A DNA stretch of 64,000 nucleotides from NCBI RefSeq assembly GCF_022045235.1, contig NW_027266308.1, forward strand, positions 53,444,001 through 53,508,000. The letters run 5' to 3'. Origin of the DNA: Haliotis cracherodii. Taxonomy: Eukaryota. Within the stretch, counting starts at the first letter, position 1. Each line of letters starts with the position of its first letter. The notes under the pieces were generated by a model, which worked only from the letters and a program-made list of their open reading frames with translations, was not told the origin of the DNA and searched no databases. The position numbers and the translations under genes were made by a program. Below, piece by piece: positions 12,956-22,207 of the stretch.

Positions 12956-14181
12956 ATGAAAGTGAAGAGCCCCGAAACCAAGCCAAGCAAGTGCACCGCC
13001 AACAAGACAATCGTTCCGGCAAGGAACAGAATCAAGTACTCTGCTAGTCAGGTAAACATTTAATTGCTCGAAACGTCAATAGGAAGAAAACATAAACTAT
13101 TGTTATTTCAAAAGTAAATCGCAATACAAATTTAACACGTTTTCATCTCCACTATCCATATCCACAGTTGAGGCAACTGGAGAAGGTATTCGTGTCCTCT
13201 CAGTATCCTGACAGCTCCATCTTGGAGGATCTCTCCAACACCATCAACATCGACGTAGAGAGACTATCGGTAGGTAAATCCACTTTATTACACTTAACAG
13301 AAGTTCTCGAAAGAGATAATTGATCGCACAATACACAATATCATAGTGATATAAAACTCTCTTTCTTGTCCCCTTAAATGTACATAGGACCCATGAAATG
13401 TACTGAAGTGAAATTCTCGCTTTTACTGCTTTATTCAGTTTATATGGTAGACTTAAAGAATTGTTGTATATTTCCTTTCATAATCTTTTCAACCCATATA
13501 ATAGACCCTGATTTCATTAAATGTCTCGATAATAATGACCTCTTTCTGCCATACAGATCTGGTTCCAGAACCGCCGTTCCAAGTTCAAGCGTCAGTCTAA
13601 AGGTGCTCACGTGAACTGGATGAGACAGCAACTGTATCAACAAGGAACGTCACGGTCACGTGACGTAACGGCTACGGACGAGTGTCACGTGCTCACACCA
13701 CCAACGACTTCCAAGAAAGATGACGTGAAAGACAAACCCAAATCAAAGTAAGTACACACCAAGTTAGTTTCACCTGCGTGTAGTGGGCTCTTATTAGCTT
13801 CAACACAATGGCATGTCTGTCTCGGACTAACAACAATCTCTTCTCTTCTTCAGCCTCCACTACCTACCCAGCACTGGACCCGGCTGCTCCTCAGTGACGG
13901 ACTACGACCCCGTCTACACCCCCCTGATGTATCCATCATCACACAACGTCTACAGCGCACTCACTGACGCAGTATCCTGTACACGGCCTACCCAGAATAC
14001 TCTCCACTACCCACATCTGATGACGGAAACATCCTTCCAAGTCACACCATGCCAGCAACAGTGGACAGAGTATTCCAACCAGTCCAACTTCAGCTCTCCC
14101 GGAACTCCATACTACCAGAATTATATACCCCACTTCAACTTCCTAAGCGATCAGATGACATTTCCCCAGATAGGCGTCTAG
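12956..14181 (+). CDS. Divergent PRD-class homeobox protein, copy 4, 238 aa
   Basis: Exons 12956-13051, 13168-13269, 13557-13747, 13854-14181. Intact; intron 2 is 9 bp longer; homeodomain residue 15 is Q. Confidence 0.93.
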
Positions 14182-14642
14182 AACCTTCGGGGATGTATTC
14201 GTGGTCAGATGAAGCACGAGGGCGTAATTTGTGCAATATGCACTGCAGTCCAATGTTGAACTCATCTTGGGCCTGCTTTGTTACTATTAATGTATATATT
14301 GTTGTGTTTACGTTATGGATTGCAACTGTCATTTGAAGAGGACTGTGTAAATGTTTCTGAGATAATAAACATTATCTGAAAACTATCATTTCATATTCTT
14401 ATGCAGCCCGCATTTTCCCACTTTTATGTAAACCAGGATTATAAGTATCTTACTGATAAACAAAGGATCCTAAACAGGCGAATCTTGGATTCGAACACAT
14501 GATTGGTGGATGTTGGTTGGACAAAGAGTCAAACCTCTGCACAGATCAAAGGAAACTGCTTGAAGGAAACTTTTAATGTGACATTTAACCGTTCTTTTGT
14601 TGGGTAATATCAAATATACAGCATCTACCCTCACAGATATAG

Positions 14643-14792
14643 GGTCGATGGGGTAGCCTGGTGGTAAAAGCGTTCGCTCGTAACACTGAAGACCCGGGTT
14701 CGATTGCCCACATGGGCACAATGTGTGAAGCCCATTTCTGGATATTGCTAGAATATTGCAAAGGCGGTGTAAAACAATACTCGCTCACTAGA
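14643..14792 (+). mobile_element. tRNA-derived SINE family A, (CACT)n tail
   Basis: A-box and B-box (GGTTCGATT) like motifs; 8-bp TSD AGATATAG (14635-14642 and 14793-14800); empty site visible in unit 3. Confidence 0.88.
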
Positions 14793-15729
14793 AGATATAG
14801 ATCCTCACCTCCTTGGAAAAATGTGTGTTGCAACTGCGACAGATATCCTGCTTTGCTGAGATATAGAAATCCAATTCCCAGTCGTGCATTTATTATCAAT
14901 TATCAATACCACTTGTGAAGATACCTCAAACCAGGACGTCACAACAGATACCTCACACTCATGTTAGAATATACAGCAACTTTGAAGCTACTCAGTTCTG
15001 GTCAATGTCATCACCTGATCTATGCCTGTAAGGTATTATCAACAACTTTTGTATGCACTTGCAATCGCCATGTTGCGTATATGAGCCAAACCTTCATGCT
15101 AACGGATTATCGGGCGCTTTCCTCGGACTGAAGCAGCTGTCGACACAAGGTACCGTCTGGGAACATCAAACATATATACAGTACCATATTGTTTCTTTAT
15201 TACTGTTTTAGCACTGAAAAGGAAATTTGTAAGCACTTAATGCAGAACCAATACGTCACACTACACTAAATCCACCATACTGTGCACCATAAAATACCCT
15301 TAATAGTCATTTTATGTTTTTAATGTGTTGTAATACCAACACTTGAATTTCAGTTTCTTGAATTCTATAGAGATATAACACTGACACAGTTTACGTAAGT
15401 AATAGCACTGTGGAGACACCTAACTGATTTTCAGTGACCCCTTCATATAATTTTCACCAAAACATTTCGTCTTATGCCCAATGAAATCTGTTTCAGGAGA
15501 TAAGCGAGCCTGGTTAATGTCTGGCGTTGACGTTTTACATTTTGAAGATGTCCATGTGAGATTATAAAAAGATAACAAAATTCGATTTCAGCCCTACGAA
15601 ATTTGAAAACTAATAAGACAACCCGTGTTAATCAGACGGCAAATGAGTGCCGAACAAATCGACTCCCGATTGTGGGAAGCCATTCAGTGTGTTTTTCAAC
15701 CGTGCCACAAACCATGATATGTGGTTTTC

Positions 15730-16010
15730 CGGAACCTTTAAACCGATTTATCAAAAGATAATGACGTAGCTCCTTACAAACCAATAACCATTTTTTGTAT
15801 GCTGTTCAAGCAAAATACTCACAGCTGTCATAATAATGGTAGTATCCACTTCCTCATACAACATGAAATTTTGTCAGAAGACCATGCTGGATATCGTAAT
15901 TAAATGCTATCACTTCTCAATAATCACTTCCATGTTTTCGACTTCTCAAAAGTGTTCGATACTGATCACACTTTTCAAAACTATGGGGAGTCTGGAATCG
16001 TGGCAATAGT
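15730..16010 (+). mobile_element. Decayed LINE reverse-transcriptase fragment
   Basis: Frameshifted remnants PIYQK..YKPIT and FDFSKVFDT...KLWG resemble the non-LTR RT motifs PIxKK/YRPIS and DxSKAFD. Confidence 0.45.
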
Positions 16011-16324
16011 AATTCCGATGGTCAACTATTTAAGTCATGTACCAGGTATGTCGCCCAGTGACCAAAGATAAGGAAACTTGTTATTTGTGAAAACGGTGTC
16101 AGACATGGTGAAAATGTCACACCCATGCTCTTCACTTACATCTTCAAACTATCTCGGCATTGTTTTTGCAATCAAGGTCGTTTTGTCCATTTCGAAAGAT
16201 TATACCAACCAAATATGATCATGACACTTTTCTACATTAGAATACGCTCTGTGTTTACCAACTGATTTACATTACAAACTATCGCATCCCAACGAACCTG
16301 TGCGAAATATAGGGATCTGAATCC

Positions 16325-17285
16325 CTAACAGTTATATACAAATCCCATTTATCTGGATTTATTTCGAGGCTTAGAAAAGGGGACATACAGCCAACGATCT
16401 ATGAAGAAACAATATATATCGCTGCATTACGATTTTGAGTGAAATAATATGTTGATGTTGTTGCTGAACACCACATCACACGTCCAACAAGACTCCAGTT
16501 CCGCCGTCCAGATCACATACAACAACATCAAGCAACCAGATACGGTGTCTTTGCCTCTAAATTTTAACTCAACATGATCAAGGAACTAACGGAAGCCATT
16601 CACATCAAAAGATACCAGCCGTCCATCAAACAAAGACCAACTAACGAAAGCCATTCACATCAAAAGATATCAGCCGTCCGTCACACAAAGAGCAACTAAC
16701 GGAAGCCATTCACATCAAAAGATACCAGCCGTCCATTAAAAGAGAGCAACTAACGGAAGCTATTCATATTAAAAGATATCGGCCGTCCATCATACAAAGA
16801 CCAACTAACGGAAGCCATTCACATCAAAAGATACCATCCGTCCATCACACAAAGACCAACTAACGGAAGCCATTCACATCAAAAGATACCATCCGTCCAT
16901 CACACAAAGACCAACTAACGGAAGCCATTCACATCAAAGATACCACCCGTCCATCACACAAAGACCAACTAACGGAAGCCATTCACATCAAAAGATACCA
17001 TCCGTCCATCACACAAAGACCAACTAACGGAAGCCATTCACATCAAAAGATATCGGCCGTCCATCATACAAAGACCAACTAACGGAAGCCATTCACATCA
17101 AAAGATATCGGCCGTCCATCATACAAAGACCAACTAACGGAAGCTATTCACATCAAAAGATATCGGCCGTCCATCATACATAAACCAACTAACGGAAGCT
17201 ATTCACATCAAAAGATATCGGCCGTCCATCCAACAGAGACCAGGGTAACTTCATCCCGTCAGTGTACCATGACCTCGTCAACTAC
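16325..17285 (+). mobile_element. Decayed Penelope-like element, GIY-YIG endonuclease C-terminal region
   Basis: Remnants VIYK, EHH, SSSAV, then LTEAIHIKRYQPSI and NRDQGNFIPSVYHDLV match the PLE GIY-YIG end pattern EAIxI..P.LNRD.G. Confidence 0.6.
16584..17232 (+). repeat. 55-bp minisatellite, 12 copies
   Basis: Unit AACTAACGGAAGCCATTCACATCAAAAGATACCAGCCGTCCATCACACAAAGACC starting at 16584, 16639 ... 17187. Confidence 0.97.
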
Positions 17286-17792
17286 AATCACACTGGCTCT
17301 CACCATTGTAATGATACACTGTATACGAAAATAACATATTTTTGTGATATAACATGTCTAAAAAGTTTAAAGATGATTCCCTATTGAAGAATATCTAGCC
17401 TATGTTTTGACGACCTTCATAAGATTAATGAACATAAAAAATATCAAACATTTAAACGCACCGTGAAGAGGAATTGTGGGACCAGCTAATTGGTAATTTT
17501 AAACGGAGTTACGTCCCTTGTACAAGCTCCCTCCAGGGACCACATGCAAACTTCAGACACTGCGGCACAGTATGGCACAGTAAAATATCATACATTTACC
17601 TAAAACCATTTAGGCATAATGATACTCGCACAAATATTTGTTTCAAACAGAGACAAATACACACACTGTCTCTTTCAGTATTTTTTTTGCATGACTGGTG
17701 TGTACATGTTTAATCCTATCACTATGTAATGCTGGCTTCTTCCGCTGTCCAATCTGCTGATTATGTGTTTGTTAAACCAACAATTACACGCT

Positions 17793-18224
17793 CAGGTGCG
17801 CTAAGTCGGGCGACCTCTTTGATGTAGGTGGAACGTTTTGACAGGTAAATGAGGATGGACGCTGGAGACGGTGGCCAAGTCTTGGATGTGCGCCTACCCG
17901 TGCACAAGGGGAGTAGGATGCTGCTATATAGATTGAGAAAACAATTAACATTCTCATTGCTGTAAAAATAATAATGGTTTCGCAAGAAGCTCTCCTCGGC
18001 GAGTCGTATCTGCTCTTGTGAAAGAGATCTGATTCTTACAACAACATGATCTCAATGTGTTGTTTTTCGATAGGTGTTGAAAGAGTTCCGACAGCCAGAA
18101 ATACGTATAAAACTCACACGTTCCGATATCACAGCATCATTTCTGATATCTCATTTCGTGAACAAGTTGTCTGCAGCGTCTATAGATTTAAACAGTTCGT
18201 CACGCCAACTATCTAACCATACAA
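17793..18224 (+). promoter_or_regulatory. Enhancer block, TATA/Inr and probable non-coding first exon of paralog 5
   Basis: CAGGTG..GGCGACCTCTTTGATGTAGGTG..TTTGACAGGTAA at 17793-17852; TATAAAA at 18106; TCATTT with A at 18139; donor CAA|GTAAGT at 18225; acceptor TTCAG at 18885. Confidence 0.55.
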
Positions 18225-18276
18225 GTAAGTTGCCGAGTCAAACAGCATGTTTCTATTGCATGATAATGCAGCTGAA

Positions 18277-18498
18277 TGTGTTTGTTTGTTGTTTAACGCC
18301 GCACTCAGCAATATTCCAGCTATGTGACGGCGGTCTATAAGTAATCTGGACCAAACAATCCAGTGATTGATATCATGAGCATTGATCCACGCAATTGGGA
18401 TACGATGACACGCATCAACCAAGTCAGCGAGTCTGACCATCCGATCCTCGGCAAGCATGGGGTGCTGAAGACCTATTCCATCCTTGATCTTCACGGGT
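18277..18498 (-). mobile_element. SINE family B, (AAAC)n tail
   Basis: Matches 45450-45694; TSD CAGCTGAA. Confidence 0.85.
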
Positions 18499-18600
18499 CA
18501 GCTGAAATTAGTTTGGTTTGGATGCATTGCATATGCCCTTCTATATTAAAAGGTTACTAAAATAAAAACCCTGCGGTGTGCTTACAGAATGTAAATGTAC

Positions 18601-18766
18601 GTTTGTTTAAAGCCGCACTCAGCAATATTCCAGCTATAAGATCATGAACATCGATCTATGCAGTTGGGATACGGTGACATGCATCAACCAAGTCACCGAT
18701 CCCGTCAGTCGCCTCTTACAAGCATGGGCTGCTGAAGACAAAATCTAACCCCGATCTTCAGGGGTT
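18601..18766 (-). mobile_element. SINE family B, internally deleted
   Basis: Family-B head and tail both present. Confidence 0.8.
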
Positions 18767-18886
18767 ACGGAATGTATATGTGAGTGGAGGTGTGTCTTCC
18801 GGGTAGCATTGCTCATACCACTGCATGTGTACACCCCTACAATATATAACATAACAAGTACAGTATTTTCATTTCTTCAATTCAGT

Positions 18887-20204
18887 ATGAAGGTGAAGAG
18901 TCCAGAGATCAAGCCCGGCAAGAGTGACGTCAGCAAAAGGGTACTTCCGGTCAGGAACAGAATCAAGTACTCTGCCGTTCAGGTGAGTACACAAATAGGT
19001 TGCACAAAAAATCCCCATCAGAATTCCTACTATTACTTATGCGTGATTGCAAATTATGAGTATGGTTTACAGCAATGTCAAGTCGGGGGAAACCAAAAGG
19101 TTAAATTATGAATTTAATTACAACGATATTTTCCTTCACAGTTGAGGCAACTGGAGAAGGTGTTCCTGTCCTCTCAGTATCCTGACAGCTCCATCTTGGA
19201 TGATCTCTCCAACACCATCAATATTGACGTAGAGAGACTATCGGTAAGCTGATTCTTCATAGTATATGAGCTGATATATAATTTGATAATTTTGATAATT
19301 TAATTATATTTATTGATATTATTTATATTATTATTTAATTATAATAATCATGCCAGTTACCATATTTTGTATTTCTAGGAACAACACGTGTGCCACTATG
19401 TGTATATATAATGTTTATTATTTTCCACAGATCTGGTTCCAGAACCGTCGCTCCAAGTTTAAACGGCAGTCTAAGGATGGCCACGTGGCCTGGATGAGGA
19501 AACAGTTGTATCATGGCGGTACAATCCAGTCACGTGACAGTTCCCAGAAGGAACGGTGTCATGTGCTCACTCCGCGCACTCCTTCCACGTGCATCGACGC
19601 TGCTGACAAGGCCAGGTCAAAGTGAGTCTCAAGCTCTTCATTCCAAATAATTTGAATTCTTTGGCACCCAAGCTAAGGAGACAACTAAAAATAAGGATTT
19701 GGTGCATTAGCCTGGACGATTTTGTTGTATACTATACCGGATTTTGCACATGCTGTCAAATGATGCAAATATACAGGCTGTGATACAGCTGGAATAATGG
19801 GTTTACCCACTCTAATATGATTGTCAGAAATGTATCTACGGACACATACAAACCAATGATTACCAACCGTTCTTCTTTCCAGCCTCCACTACCTGCCAAG
19901 CGCCGAACCCAGCTACTCGCCTACATCAGACTACACATGCAGCCTCACGACGTCATCTACGTATCCATCCCCTTACACTATTCATGATGGAGCTTTCAAC
20001 GACACGCCTGGTACAGAACCCACACGGACCCCTCTTCAGTACTACCCGGCCCCCGAGGTGTCATACCAGGAGGCATATCAATGGGCAGCACAACCTACTG
20101 GTCCCTCCTGGCAGTCCTTGGCAACCGGAACCTACCCTTACCAGAGTTATTCCCCCTTCGACTATCCTTCAGTTCATTTTCCTCAAATTGGCTCCAGCTA
20201 TTAG
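18887..20204 (+). CDS. Divergent PRD-class homeobox protein, older paralog (copy 5), 236 aa
   Basis: Exons 18887-18982, 19142-19243, 19431-19621, 19883-20204, with the same phases and identical exon 1-3 lengths as the array copies. Homeodomain is 55-56/60 identical. Ends HFPQIGSSY. AATAAA at 20349. Confidence 0.93.
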
Positions 20205-20918
20205 GCGTGTTTATTGACTTATTCAAGGTATACCCAGGTCATACAAAGTGCTTTTTTCGATGTCATAATGTCGGTCGATGTCTGGTATCTGTAGTTGCTA
20301 TGTTTGTTAGAGCGACCCATCTCGTCATGTTGACATTGTGTAAATACAAATAAATACATAATAGTTATTTCATTGTCTTCTTATATTTAATCTGATGACA
20401 AGTAAAACTCCGTACCCCGTCTTGTTCCGATGTAAACAGCCTTATACACGTACTGACGATTGCGATCTGGGTGACGGACACATAGACAGCAAGTTGGTCT
20501 CACTGAAATGTCTCGCCTCCCCAGAATATCTGGTTACGGTTTGTAAATCATTTGCAGTCTCCTTTATTTGTCGTTAATGCTTCACAGGTCTGCATGTACA
20601 CTCTCTCTATCAATATTTCACGGGCCTGTACACGCCACGTTCTTCTTTCGTCAATTCGGACGAAAAAATGTAAATCTACCCCTTGTTATCCTGACACCAT
20701 TTACTATTCACGATACATATGTATTTTTAGTAAAAGGAGCTAAATGTGGTCGTAACAGACTGATTGTTAGGACAGACTTAACTACTGGGCTGGAATTGTG
20801 GCAAATGTATTTTGGATAGTAAAGTCCACCCATAACATGTACAGATATATTCGCCAAGTGACCACCAAAGATCAGGATACTTATTTGGTCAAACCGGTGT
20901 CAGACGAGGTGAAAATAT

Positions 20919-21117
20919 TCAGCAACTCATGCTTGCCGAGGATCGGATGGTCAGGCTCGCTGACTTGGTTGATGCATGTCATCAATCCCAATTGCGTGGA
21001 TCGATGCTCAATGATGTCAATCACTGGATAGTCTGGTCCAGACTCGATTATTTACAGACCGCCGTACATAGCTGTAATATTGCTGAGTGTGGCGTTAAAA
21101 ACAAACAAACAAACAAA
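20919..21117 (+). mobile_element. SINE family B, 5'-truncated
   Basis: Family-B body and (AAAC)n tail. Confidence 0.85.
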
Positions 21118-22207
21118 CTTTCAAAATGTGTATTCATATTTAAAGTTTAAAGCAACCGACCTGTTCCCTCAGGCAGGAACGTACAGCGATGATTCACCGG
21201 TATTCCTGCCCCATGACTGTGGAATATATTTATTTTATATATAAAAATAATCTAGAAACGCATACAAAAGCAAGTCTAGCCAGCTCTAGCTAGCTCCATG
21301 AAATCAGCATAGGGATTTTTTTGTTTATCTTTAGAGTCAAGAAGGATATTGTGTCACATAAGATTTCAGAGACTAAATGTTAATCTAATTCACCGGGTAA
21401 CAGCTTTTTAAGTTCGGGCTAAATTGTTTTGCTTGTGAGGCCACCATAATCTGGAATTGCCTGCCTAATGATTTCCGAAAAGCTGGACCATAAAGAGACT
21501 TCTGCTGGCTTCTTCGGACCCCGTCACGCCCCATATGCAAATGCTCCATGTTTTAATGTAATATATAATAAATGATTCTCCCCTCTTCTTTATACTGAAA
21601 ACATGTTTTAGCTTTCATGTTCATTTATCATCTCAGATGTTATATAATTGTTTTGGTTATACACATTATTCAGTAATATATATATTATTTTTTGTCAGAA
21701 TATTAGTTCCGAAGAGGTAATGTTATATTGTTACCTGTAATAACCAACGTTAAATAACATTTCTTGATTTTTCTTGTAGATCTCGGTAAGTCTTTTGTGA
21801 AGCCATATTTAAGCAGGTTGCTTATCTTATATATATTTCGCAGCAAGAGTCAATTTTCCACATCAAATCAAATAAATACTTCTCCCTTCTCAAGTCGAGC
21901 TCACATGAGCGCTATAACGGGGTGTTAACGATATGTTCCCCGTGGGACCTTTTTCATCAAAGAATATTTCCACTGTTAATTGGTCGATTTGGCTAACTAA
22001 GATATAATAAAAGTCAGGTAATACATAGTCAGATACCAAGTCAGGTACTCATTGAGAGATATTGTATTAGTACATCGCGAACACATGTACTATTTCGTGA
22101 GGGCATCACGATAGCGTCTTCTCTAACCGGAAGTTGGGAATAACTGGTAAACAAACGTCTCCTCACACAGCCAATATGTGATCGTTTCCAAACATCTCCA
22201 ATCAACA

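Larger units (their letters stand above)
1..15180 (+). repeat. Tandem array of a ~4.21-kb homeobox-gene unit (3 full units plus a fourth whose downstream part is diverged and truncated)
   Basis: TAATTAGGTAAACAAAG recurs at 1, 4216, ~8429 and ~12632. ORF-track homologs are offset 738/4953/9166/13378. Similarity to the unit decays after ~14400 and ends near 15180. The array may extend left of the window. Confidence 0.97.

Noticed and set aside
16584-17232. CRISPR-like appearance of the regular repeats (also at 46323 and 50682)
   Set aside because: No unique spacers, no cas genes, eukaryotic context; these are simple minisatellites.
22127-22156. ETS (ACCGGAAGT) and FoxJ1-like (GTAAACAAA) sites upstream of TEDC1
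   Set aside because: Plausible for a centriole gene, but they are short single motifs with no comparative support in this window.
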